From NCBI GenBank assembly GCA_026397255.1, contig JAPLVF010000011.1, forward strand, positions 7,589 to 71,588: a stretch of DNA of 64,000 nucleotides. The letters run 5' to 3'. Each line of letters opens with the position of its first letter. The stretch's first letter is position 1. Shown piece after piece: positions 1-9,500 of the stretch. The stretch is from Candidatus Beckwithbacteria bacterium (GTDB taxonomy: Bacteria; Patescibacteriota; Microgenomatia; UBA1400; CG1-02-47-37). The position numbers and the translations under genes were made by a program. A model generated the notes under the pieces. That model did not search any database. It saw nothing but the letters and a program-made list of their open reading frames with translations, and had not been told where the DNA came from.

Positions 1-250
1 GGTATTGCCGACGGTGTTTGTGGGTTATAGCTTGATTGTTTTATTTTTAATTGTGTCGCCAACACCGCAGGGGATAGGAGTGGTGGAGGGGTTGGTCCCG
101 GTAATTTTAAGCTCGTTCGGGGTAGGAATTGAAACCGGCTTGTTGGCAATCCTTATTTTCAGGGCGATAAATTTATGGCTGCCGCTTTTGGCGGGTTTTG
201 TGAGTTTGAATTATTTGGCAATAGGAGTAAAATCTCAGTTAAAGGAGTAA
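1..250 (+). CDS. Lysylphosphatidylglycerol synthase TM / UPF0104 flippase-like membrane protein, 5'-partial
   Basis: PTPQGIGVVE motif and LIFRAINLWLP helix; ORF open from the window edge. Confidence 0.75.
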   Translation, partial: VLPTVFVGYSLIVLFLIVSPTPQGIGVVEGLVPVILSSFGVGIETGLLAILIFRAINLWLPLLAGFVSLNYLAIGVKSQLKE

Positions 251-252
251 TT

Positions 253-447
253 ATGGTTGGACCAGATGTGGCAAAAAATTTACCAAAATATGATGAAGAT
301 GGATTGCCAGTGCAGCCGGGGCATAGGGTAATTCCAGGATCACCAGAATTTAATGATTTAGTTGATGCCGTGGGAGGTGGGGAAAAACAAATTAAAGGAG
401 AAGCGGTAACGCCACCGGCAACACCGGTTGCGGCAGGCGGGGAATAA
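253..447 (+). CDS. Small hypothetical protein (64 aa, MVGPDVAK...)
   Basis: AAGGAG SD upstream of ATG 253; fills the gap before dnaG. Confidence 0.55.
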   Translation: MVGPDVAKNLPKYDEDGLPVQPGHRVIPGSPEFNDLVDAVGGGEKQIKGEAVTPPATPVAAGGE

Positions 448-476
448 AATTAGGCCCGGGTGGTAAAATAGGAGAT

Positions 477-2228
477 ATGGATCAGATTGAGGAAGTGCGG
501 CGGAAGACGGATATTGTAGCTTTGATTTCCGGTTATATCACTTTAAAAAAGGCCGGGAGGAATTTTAAGGCACTGTGCCCGTTTCATGAGGAAAAAACAC
601 CCAGCTTTATGGTGTCGCAAGAGCGGCAGATTTGGAAGTGTTTCGGCTGTCAAAAGGGCGGGGATGTTTTTAAATTTATCATGGAAAAAGAGGGGATGGA
701 GTTTGGGGAAACACTGCGGTTTTTAGCCGATAAAGCCGGAATCGAGCTTAAAGATTTCCGGCCAAGCCAGGACCAGAAAATCAAAGAACGGTTATTGGAG
801 ATTAATCATTTAGCCAGCGAGTTTTACCACTATCTACTAGTCGAGCATAAATTGGGTAAAAAAGCGCTTCAATACATACTAAAAAGAGGGATACGAAAAG
901 ATTCTATCCGACTGTTTAAATTAGGTTATGCACCGAATGAATGGCAGGGTTTAATTAATTATTTAACTAAGAAAAAGAACTATAAATTAGAAGAAATCGA
1001 GCAAGCGGGCTTGGGTATTCAAAGCGATAAGGGAAGAGTTTATGACCGGTTTAGAGGTAGAGTGATGTTTCCTTTGTTTGATATGAGGGGAAGAGTCTTG
1101 GGGTTTAGCGGAAGAGTGATGGAGGGAGAAGTTAAAGAAGCCAAATATATTAATTCACCGGAGACACTTTTATACCACAAATCAGCCATGCTTTACGGCC
1201 TGGAAACGACTAAAGAGGAGATTAAAAAAGATAACCGGGCAATTGTGGTGGAGGGGGAACTGGACATGATTTCCTCTTATCAGGCCGGGGTGAAAAATGC
1301 GGTGGCGATCAAGGGTTCGGCTTTAACGATAGAACAAATAGGGCTTTTGAAAAGATTTTGCGAAAACTTGAGCCTGGCTTTGGACAGTGACGCGGCCGGT
1401 GACGCGGCGGCGAGGCGGGGGATAGAATTAGCCGAAAATAGCGGTTTATCCTTGCGGGTAATCCGGGTTAAATACGGCAAAGACCCGGATGAGTGCGCTC
1501 AAAAAGATGTAGGGTTATGGAAAGATTCGGTCAAAGAGGCGGTGCCAATTTATGAATTTTATATTGATTCGGCAGTGAAAAGATTTGGCACCAAAACGAT
1601 TGAGGGGAAGAAGAAAATCAGCCAGGAATTGGCGGGGGTTTTAGCAAGGGTGAACAATCAAGTAATTAAGGCCCATTATGTTAAAAAATTAGCGGAAGTA
1701 TTAAATGTCAGCGAAGAAGCAGTGGAGGCGGAGGTAGAGAAAGGGGAGAAGGTAGTACAAGTAACAAAAGTAACAAAAGTAGAACAAATAAAAACCAGAC
1801 AAGAACGACTGGAAGAGTATTTATTGGCGTTAATATTGCAATCAGGTGAGTGGATGGACGAGTTGGTTAAAAAAGTCGAGCCAGAATGGCTGGCAGAGAC
1901 GGCGATTAAGAAAATATTCATAAAATTAAAGCAGTGGTTTAAGGCGGGTAAAAAATGGGAGATTAACAGCTTTGTCAAAAGCCTGGCGGAGGAGTTAGCA
2001 GGACAAACAGACGCGGCCTATTTATTGGATTTAGATAAAATCATTGACGATTCTGATAAAACGGAGGTGGAAGTAGATAAAGCGATAACGGCAATAAAAA
2101 AAGCGCAACTGAAAGAGAAACTAACCCTTTTGTCGGGCCAAATTAAGCAGGCCGAACAAGAAAAAGACAAGGAAAAAGTTAAAACTTTAGAAAAAGAGTT
2201 TAGGGAAATTGCCCGAGGACTGGTATAA
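477..2228 (+). CDS. dnaG: DNA primase
   Basis: CPFH-EKTPSF...CFGC zinc finger, [41 protein letters not shown]. Confidence 0.98.
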   Translation: MDQIEEVRRKTDIVALISGYITLKKAGRNFKALCPFHEEKTPSFMVSQERQIWKCFGCQKGGDVFKFIMEKEGMEFGETLRFLADKAGIELKDFRPSQDQKIKERLLEINHLASEFYHYLLVEHKLGKKALQYILKRGIRKDSIRLFKLGYAPNEWQGLINYLTKKKNYKLEEIEQAGLGIQSDKGRVYDRFRGRVMFPLFDMRGRVLGFSGRVMEGEVKEAKYINSPETLLYHKSAMLYGLETTKEEIKKDNRAIVVEGELDMISSYQAGVKNAVAIKGSALTIEQIGLLKRFCENLSLALDSDAAGDAAARRGIELAENSGLSLRVIRVKYGKDPDECAQKDVGLWKDSVKEAVPIYEFYIDSAVKRFGTKTIEGKKKISQELAGVLARVNNQVIKAHYVKKLAEVLNVSEEAVEAEVEKGEKVVQVTKVTKVEQIKTRQERLEEYLLALILQSGEWMDELVKKVEPEWLAETAIKKIFIKLKQWFKAGKKWEINSFVKSLAEELAGQTDAAYLLDLDKIIDDSDKTEVEVDKAITAIKKAQLKEKLTLLSGQIKQAEQEKDKEKVKTLEKEFREIARGLV

Positions 2229-2239
2229 TTGGATTTAAG

Positions 2240-3331
2240 ATGAAACAGGCAAGAAAACCGGTTAATGTCGACAAGCTTTTAAAAAAGGCGAAAAAAGAGG
2301 GCTTTTTAACTCAAGAAGAGATTTTGGGTTATTTTACGGACGCGGAGTGGCGAGTGGAAGAATTGGATAAATTTTACGATCGTTTAGAGAAAATGAACGT
2401 GGACGTGTTTAATACAGGCGAGGAAGAGTTGAAAGAAGACGTGAAGGCGGTGACCGAACTGGAAAAAGAATTGGTGGTCTTAGGTAATTTGGAAAAAGTC
2501 GGCAATGCCGATCCGGTGCGGATGTATTTAAAAGAAATCGGCAGGATTAAATTATTAACCCGCGATCAGGAAATTGAGTTGGCCCAGGGGGTGGACAAGG
2601 GGAGCCATAAAGCTAAAGATGGATTGATTACTTCAAATTTGCGACTAGTGGTGTCGATTGCTAAAAAATACATCGGCCGGGGGATGAGCTTCTTAGACTT
2701 AATCCAGGAAGGGAATAAAGGATTAATCCGAGCGGTGGAAAAATATGACTGGACTAAGGGGTTTAAGTTTTCCACCTATGCCACCTGGTGGATTAGGCAG
2801 GCGATTACCCGGGCGATTGCCGATCAGGCGCGGACAATCAGGATTCCGGTGCACATGGTGGAAACGATTAATAAGTTGATTCGGGTATCCAGAAAGCTGA
2901 TGCAGGAACAGGGGCGGGAGCCGTCGCCGGAGGAGATTGCTTCAGAGATGGAAATTGAGCCGGCGAAAGTGCGGGAAATTATGAAAATTTCGCAGAAAAC
3001 GACTTCATTGGAGACGCCGATCGGGGACGAGGAAGATTCATATTTAGGCGATTTTATTCCGGATGAAACCCAGCCGTCGCCTTATGATGCGACCTCGATT
3101 AAGATGCTCAAGGAGAATGTTGATGAGGTATTAATGTCGTTATCGGATAGAGAGGCAAAGGTATTGAAGATGCGGTTTGGTTTAGACGACAGCAAGCGGT
3201 CGATGACTTTGGAAGAAGTGGGGCGGGAGTTTGGGGTGACAAGAGAGAGAATCAGGCAAATTGAGGCCAAGGCGTTAAGAAAGTTAAAACATCCGTCGCA
3301 GAGGAAGAAACTGCAGGATTATTTAGATTAA
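2240..3331 (+). CDS. rpoD: Primary sigma-70 factor
   Basis: [64 protein letters not shown]; follows dnaG. Confidence 0.97.
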   Translation: MKQARKPVNVDKLLKKAKKEGFLTQEEILGYFTDAEWRVEELDKFYDRLEKMNVDVFNTGEEELKEDVKAVTELEKELVVLGNLEKVGNADPVRMYLKEIGRIKLLTRDQEIELAQGVDKGSHKAKDGLITSNLRLVVSIAKKYIGRGMSFLDLIQEGNKGLIRAVEKYDWTKGFKFSTYATWWIRQAITRAIADQARTIRIPVHMVETINKLIRVSRKLMQEQGREPSPEEIASEMEIEPAKVREIMKISQKTTSLETPIGDEEDSYLGDFIPDETQPSPYDATSIKMLKENVDEVLMSLSDREAKVLKMRFGLDDSKRSMTLEEVGREFGVTRERIRQIEAKALRKLKHPSQRKKLQDYLD

Positions 3332-3573
3332 TGTCGGCCTTTGGCCGAGACGGTTTTCTTTTGAAAACAGCAAAGATAGATAATTTCCAGAAGGCCAAGA
3401 GTGTTGACAATTAACAAAACAATAAACCAGCCGCGTTGATTATTCCGGCCGGCTTTCCAGAGGGCTAAGCCTTTCCAAACCAGATGCCAGGCAAGCAGAG
3501 GAAATAACAACCAGGTGAAGAATGAGGGGAGAAAAGACTGATTGTAGAAAAATGGCGGGAAAATATAGTGCAT
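3328..3573 (-). CDS. DUF5652-like small membrane protein
   Basis: [18 protein letters not shown]...[10 protein letters not shown] pattern. Confidence 0.75.
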   Translation of the reverse strand: MHYIFPPFFYNQSFLPSFFTWLLFPLLAWHLVWKGLALWKAGRNNQRGWFIVLLIVNTLGLLEIIYLCCFQKKTVSAKGRH

Positions 3574-3638
3574 ATAATTTAGTTTAGCATAAAGCAGAAA
3601 TTTTGGTAAAATAAGGGGTTGATGTTCCGCTTTTTTAT

Positions 3639-3711
3639 TCCGCGGTAGCTCAATTGGCAGAGCGCCTCTCTGTTAAAGAGGATGTTACTGGTCCGAGTCC
3701 AGTCCGCGGAG
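3639..3711 (+). tRNA. tRNA-Asn(GTT)
   Basis: Acceptor TCCGCGG/CCGCGGA, D-arm GCTC-AATTGGCA-GAGC, anticodon arm CCTCT-CTGTTAA-AGAGG, T-arm ACTGG-TCCGAGT-CCAGT, discriminator G, followed by CAA. Confidence 0.93.
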
Positions 3712-5181
3712 CAAGGTAGTCGTTATTCTGACAGTCTTAGCCTCTATTAGACTTTGGAATAGCGGTGTATAGATTACTTTCGCAATCTTTTTATCCCTCA
3801 CTTCTATCCGCTCAAAGAACATTGATAAGTAATGGCGTTTAGCTTCAAAATTCGCATTAGCAAAAGTTTCTTTGATATTGTTTACCAGGTCAAGAATTGC
3901 GATAGTGGCATCAACATCAAACCCTCCCTGATTTTCGATAGTAGCCAACTCACTCTCTCGATTTTGTAAATCAATTGTTAGCTCACTATGCTTTCGTTTA
4001 AATGTTTCCCTGTCTACTATTTGGTCAACAAGGGCATCCTCAAGGACTTTACGTTTTGCCACAATTGCCTTGATTGCATTTTGGACGCCCTGAATTTCTG
4101 TTTCCTTTGTCTCCCTAGAACGATTTAGCAGTGCTTTGGCCTTATCAATTATTTGTTGAGTAAATTCTTTACTAAACTTTATTTTCCCCAGTTGTTCAAC
4201 TACTTGGGCCTCTAAACTCCCAAGAGGGGTGTAGTGATGACAGCCTCGTAAAGCATTGCCATGATAATAAGCAGATTTTTTGGTTCTATTCCAATCGCCG
4301 CACAAACGAGTATTGTCTTTCTGACAGAAAGCAAAACCATTTAAAAGCCACTGATATTTGCGTCTGCGACAGGCATTTTGATTATGTAGGGTAGATATTC
4401 TTTTGCAGGTATCAAATATTTCAGGAGTTGTGAGTGGTTTGTGATTGCCTTTAATAATTTCTCCGTTATACCGAAACATTCCAAGATAAAAAGGATTTTT
4501 TAAAAGGCTGTATAACACACTTCTGTATACTCGCTTATTATTCTTAGAACGCAAGCCTTTCTCAAACATAAGGTCAACTAAAGTATCGACAGGATAATTA
4601 CCAGTTGAATACAGTCGGAACATTTCGGTTATAAATGGTCCCTTTATTAGATCAATTTTAACCACCTTGTGAGGTTTTTCTTCTGTGCCCAAGTTCACAT
4701 TAAGATAACCTAATGGCGCCCAACCCGGGAAATCACCTAGTTCGCACTTCTTCTCTAAACTCTTTTTAACTTTCCTTCCAAGTAAACGACTATAAAAAGC
4801 ATTTGTACCCGCAAGAATAGTTTCAAAGAATTGCCCTTCGGGCGTATCGTTTAGTGGTTGATTGATAGCAATTAGCTGAGTGTTGCCTTTCCGTAGTTCA
4901 TTTTTAATAAAAAAGTGGTCAACTTCATTTCGGGCAATTCTATCGGTATCGACCACAAGTGCTGCATCAATTTTTTCTTCTTGGCATTGAATTATCATGT
5001 CTTCCAGTCCATCTCTTCCAACGGTCTTAGTGCCTGTCTTGCCCCCATCTTGATATACACCTACGACCTCATAACCTTTTTGTCTTGCCCATTTAATACA
5101 TGACTCTTTTTGAACTTCAGGCGATAAACCCTTCATCTGTTCCTCACTGCTGACCCTAGAATATATCACTGCTTTTTTCAT
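3685..5181 (-). CDS. Large serine recombinase (integrase), integrated form ending inside the tRNA antisense strand
   Basis: YSRVSS catalytic motif, DRIARN, APLGY, NPFYLG, HKPL, degenerate Zn ribbon and coiled coil; last codons RGLDSDQ-stop are tRNA antisense. Confidence 0.95.
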   Translation of the reverse strand: MKKAVIYSRVSSEEQMKGLSPEVQKESCIKWARQKGYEVVGVYQDGGKTGTKTVGRDGLEDMIIQCQEEKIDAALVVDTDRIARNEVDHFFIKNELRKGNTQLIAINQPLNDTPEGQFFETILAGTNAFYSRLLGRKVKKSLEKKCELGDFPGWAPLGYLNVNLGTEEKPHKVVKIDLIKGPFITEMFRLYSTGNYPVDTLVDLMFEKGLRSKNNKRVYRSVLYSLLKNPFYLGMFRYNGEIIKGNHKPLTTPEIFDTCKRISTLHNQNACRRRKYQWLLNGFAFCQKDNTRLCGDWNRTKKSAYYHGNALRGCHHYTPLGSLEAQVVEQLGKIKFSKEFTQQIIDKAKALLNRSRETKETEIQGVQNAIKAIVAKRKVLEDALVDQIVDRETFKRKHSELTIDLQNRESELATIENQGGFDVDATIAILDLVNNIKETFANANFEAKRHYLSMFFERIEVRDKKIAKVIYTPLFQSLIEAKTVRITTTLLRGLDSDQ

Positions 5182-5351
5182 ACTTGTACCCCCTTTGGAT
5201 TGACTATAAATGCCTTAGCACAAATAATCTGTCTAATCCTTTTTATGACTGGATAGATACCAGGAATAAAACGATAGCCTAGCTCGGACAGCCTTACTTC
5301 AGCTATCCGAGTGGCTAACAATTCAAGATTTTTTTCTAGATTGTTTTTCAT
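5178..5351 (-). CDS. Small hypothetical protein (57 aa, MKNNLEKNL...) coupled to the integrase
   Basis: ATG 4 nt after the upstream stop; its TGA overlaps the integrase ATG (ATGA). Confidence 0.55.
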   Translation of the reverse strand: MKNNLEKNLELLATRIAEVRLSELGYRFIPGIYPVIKRIRQIICAKAFIVNPKGVQV

Positions 5352-5355
5352 AGTT

Positions 5356-5691
5356 TTAATAAATAAACACCAATTTAACATCATCATTCTTAAACAAATT
5401 TTCAATATCAGAGAAACTCGCTGTATCTCTCGACAATCTATCGGGACCGGAGCAAACAATAGATGTGATTTTTTTGTTTGCCGCTAATGTATACAGCATG
5501 TTTAATGCTGGTCGGTTAATATCTAATCCTGACTGTGCGGGGTCAAAGAGTACTCCTGAAAGTTCGATATTATTCTTTTTACAGTAATCCTTAATTAACT
5601 GTTCCTGCTTCTCAATTGTGTTAAAGACTGTATTTTTAACATCAACTGCGGTTCTTGCATAACCGATTGCAGTTTTTGTTTTTTTATTCAT
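5356..5691 (-). CDS. Stand-alone resolvase (serine recombinase catalytic-fold) domain protein, probably inactive
   Basis: IGYARTA, SG...RPAL, PDRLSRD; GGAGGTG SD before ATG 5691. Confidence 0.8.
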   Translation of the reverse strand: MNKKTKTAIGYARTAVDVKNTVFNTIEKQEQLIKDYCKKNNIELSGVLFDPAQSGLDINRPALNMLYTLAANKKITSIVCSGPDRLSRDTASFSDIENLFKNDDVKLVFIY

Positions 5692-5722
5692 ATTTATCAC
5701 CTCCTAACTAAATTTAGACAAC

Positions 5723-5768
5723 AAAAAAGACGTAGCTCTCGGCACGAAGGCCGTCTGAAACTACGTCT
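5723..5768 (-). terminator. Hairpin plus U-tract in the leader of the recombinase operon
   Basis: AGACGTAG/CTACGTCT outer stem, inner CGGC/GCCG stem, T-run on the minus strand. Confidence 0.6.
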
Positions 5769-5822
5769 AAAACTAAAAAACTTTTACTTAAAACTGTCAG
5801 TATTTTGAACTGATGTAATAAC

Positions 5823-5851
5823 AGCATATATGTAAATAATCCCGATGTCAA
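5823..5851 (-). promoter_or_regulatory. Sigma-70 promoter
   Basis: TTGACA-17 nt-TATGCT on the minus strand. Confidence 0.65.
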
Positions 5852-5863
5852 GCCCTAATCTTA

Positions 5864-6100
5864 TTAATTATTTAATAATTTAGGGTTATTTTTATTAACT
5901 TTTTTATTATTTTTAACCTCAATTGCTACTGGTGCAGTATCAAGATTTTTCTGTTTTTTTATTTCGTGTCGTTTGGCTTTTCTTTTTGCCTGATATTTAG
6001 TCATTAGCGCTTTGCCTTTCTCAGACTGCATAAATCTTTTGCGGGCAGCAATTCCTTTTTCTGAGTGGGCGTATTTTTTTTGTGTTTCGGTCCATGACAT
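5864..6100 (-). CDS. Small basic hypothetical protein with two SEKG repeats
   Basis: Strong AAAGGAGGTGA SD; 78-aa ORF. Confidence 0.65.
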   Translation of the reverse strand: MSWTETQKKYAHSEKGIAARKRFMQSEKGKALMTKYQAKRKAKRHEIKKQKNLDTAPVAIEVKNNKKVNKNNPKLLNN

Positions 6101-6324
6101 AGATATTCACCTCCTTTATTTATTAACTTTTAAATAATTATCACGACAAATTATCAATATGGCACGAGGGGTTTAGCGGTATTAACTGGGTAAAACGGGG
6201 GGTAGTATCTTTGGGGATTAAGAAGATAAGAACATGATTGTATGAGAGAGGAATGGTTCGGGTTATTTATTGATATCCGTCTTTATGAACTAACATATAT
6301 TGCCTCACAACCGAGGGAAAATAC

Positions 6325-6353
6325 TTGTAAAAAAGCGGTTATTTTTGTATGAT
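6325..6353 (+). promoter_or_regulatory. Putative sigma-70 promoter for the HTH-helicase operon
   Basis: TTGTAA-17 nt-TATGAT. Confidence 0.45.
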
Positions 6354-6381
6354 ATTGGTATCTATTAGTAGGAAAACGAAT

Positions 6382-6567
6382 ATGTCAGACATTCCAGAGT
6401 TAATAACTCTCAAAGAAGCCAGTAAAATATTAAAGGTACATCCAAACACACTTAGGTTGTGGGATAAAAATGGGATATTACCTGCGGTGCGTATTGGTGA
6501 GAAGAAAGTAAGAAGATATAGGAAAATAGATATAGAAAATTTTATTAAGAAAAATGAACGAAAATAA
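6382..6567 (+). CDS. MerR/excisionase-family helix-turn-helix protein
   Basis: LITLKEASKILKVHPNTLRLWD...RRYRKIDI. Confidence 0.85.
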   Translation: MSDIPELITLKEASKILKVHPNTLRLWDKNGILPAVRIGEKKVRRYRKIDIENFIKKNERK

Positions 6568-9500
6568 TATTCAAACTGATAACAGTGAGGACAATGTTAA
6601 GCTCTCTAAGAGCCTTACTTTTATTCGCGAAGTGGCTAAATATTTTATGGATTTCCTGGAAACAGACTTCCATAAAAGAAAAAATCCAAAACGAAGTGTT
6701 CAATTAAGGAGTGGAAATAATCTGCTTATTGGTTTAAACCTCAACAAGTATCCCACTTTTGCTAATCTGGTTTGGAAAGCGATTAACCACTCTTTCGATA
6801 AAAGTGTCTTAAATGGGATACCAAAAGGGGTTTATCGCACCAATATTCCTCAAAATCTCCTTGATTTAATAGAATTATCTCTCAATAAAATAACAAATAA
6901 GCAAATTGCTCAAATACTAGAGCAAGTCACAGAAGAGATTGAAAAATCATCTACTCTATATAAAAAAGAATATGATCAAGCCCTAAGTACCGCCCTTGAA
7001 GCAGCTTCAAAAATTATCCAAACAAATTTAGTCTTACCGTTTATTAGTTATTTAGAAAAGCCGCTAGAGAATTTGAATTTGGGAGATGAAGACAGCACTT
7101 ACTTAATGGAAGAGGAACTTACCTCTGTTCTCACCTCCTTGCTTGAAAATAAAATTTCAGAAGTAATTAAGCTTCTATTGGCAAAAGAAAAGGTTGATAT
7201 CTCCAAACAACTAAAGGATGTTTTTGACATCGATAACGCAAAAGCTAATATTTTGTCATTTTTTGAAAGTTTCCGTGTCGGAGATTTATTTGCGGAAGTA
7301 TATGAGATGGAGCGGAATCGTACCATTTTAGATAAACAGGAATTCTATCTTTATTTTTGCGATATTACTTTTGAAAAGGCAAAGTATCCAATTTTCTATA
7401 TTCCGTTTACTGTAGAAAAACAAAATGATCTATTAAATATAGAGTTTGATTCTCAAGTCTATATAAACAAGAAAGCACTTGAATACATTTCACAGCAATA
7501 TAATCAAGAAAAAGATAAAAAGGGAAATCTAAAAACCATTGCTGAAAGAATTATTTATCTAGCACAACATCAAAATGATTTCAGAGAATTAATAAGCGAA
7601 ATATTGAATGAGATTACTAACTTTTTTGAATTAGACAACAATATTAATATAGACAAAACAGATCCGCAGGTTGCAAAGAGTTTCCTTGTTAGGGCGTCTA
7701 ATTCATGCTACATAACCTTATTCGATAAATCTGATGAGGCGCTGGTAAACGATTACGAAGAAATTTTAAAGCTTCTTTCTTCCGAGGATAGTATTTTAGC
7801 TGGCGCTTTTAACAAGTTAATTGATGACTTTATTCAGAAAGACCCAAAAAGTTTCAATATAGAAATTCAAGAAGATTGGAATGATCAAGAAGTCCAGGAT
7901 AAACTTGTATTCCAAAGCCCAATTCCTTTAAATGAAGAGCAGCTTCAAATACTATCTGCTATAAAGCAAGATGATTGTAAATATATTATTGTGCAAGGTC
8001 CTCCTGGAACAGGTAAAAGCCATACAATAACCGCAGTTGTTTTCAACGCAATACTTAAAAACCAATCCGTTTTAGTTCTATCGGACAAGAAAGAGGCTCT
8101 TGATGTTGTCGAGGATAAGATAACGGAAACGATGAATAAAGTCAGGACTGATGATAATTTTCAAAACCCTGTTTTAAGATTGGGGAAAATAGGTAATGCT
8201 TATGCAAAGATACTAAGTCCAATATCAATTAAAGCTATTACAAATAATTTTCTTGCAGTAAAGAAAAATTATAAGGATTTAGAACAGAATATTGATAAAT
8301 CTCAAAAGTCATTAAAAGAGGACATAGAAGCCGAAATATTAACCTATAAGGATATCGACATAAAAGAGATTCACGAATACTTTGATCTTGAAAGCTACCA
8401 TACAAACAATGGCTTTCCGATTGATTTAGAAGAAGTAGTTAAACAGCAGGAGTCTGCGATAGATCTTGAAGAATTCCGGAAGATATTTTTAACACTGAAA
8501 GCTAAATTAGTAATTGATACTGATGAAAATGAAAAGACGCTAAAAATATTTGAATTATTGGATTTTTCTCTTGATGACTTTAAAGATACATCTGATTTTC
8601 AAAAATATTTACAGTTTTTGAACTCTCTTTCTTCCTCTATCACTAAACTGCGTGAAGTATATGGGGATAACTTAAATTCAATTCTAGAGTTCGAAAACTT
8701 CGATTCCTCTAGATTAAAAGTTCTAAATTCCTCAATACAAAAATATAAAGAGGAGAAAAACTGGCTATTCGGCTATCTATTCAAAAAAGATCAGATAGAG
8801 CGGCTAAATACTGAATTTAGAAAAAATTTTAAATATTCATCGTCAATTGAACCACAACAAAACTTAAAGAAGCTTGACGAAGCGGCAAACATTTATAATT
8901 ACGCAGATGAAATATTTAGCAAACTTGACAACAAATTTATTAGTAAACTGGACTACTTACACTTTTTTCATCAAGTCATAAAAGATGAAAGTGTTTTGTC
9001 ATTTTTAAATGACTTAATAGCTTTAAATGATGATATAAAATATCTCGGCTCCAATATAAATAAGTATCCACTTACGGCTAAAAAACTGAAAGTTAATCTT
9101 TCGTCGTTTAAAACTCTTACTGATAATAAGTTCACAAAAATATCAGATTTGGATTTTGATAAATTAATCAGGTATTTGAGTCTAAACCAAAAGATTGAAA
9201 AGGATTTTCAAGACATTCCTGCTCTTAACTACGACAGTCAAAAGAAGGATATTGAGAGCTTACTTACTGTGCAGATGACTCACGTCATGGACAACAGGCT
9301 CATTGGGTTTTGGACTCAACATCAGGCTACTGCGATTGCTTTAAAGAAAATAATTCAAAGCAAAATGAAGTTTCCTCAAAGTGAATTTCTAAAGCTTAAG
9401 GAGGCTTTCCCTTGCATTTTAGCTGGAATTAGAGATTATGCCGAGTACATCCCTCTCGAGCCAGAAATATTTGATCTAGTAATTATTGATGAGGCTTCAC

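Noticed and set aside
1751-1790. 9-bp tandem repeat in dnaG (VTKVTKV); similar KVQN repeat at the sufC start
   Set aside because: Two-copy low-complexity sequence, in frame
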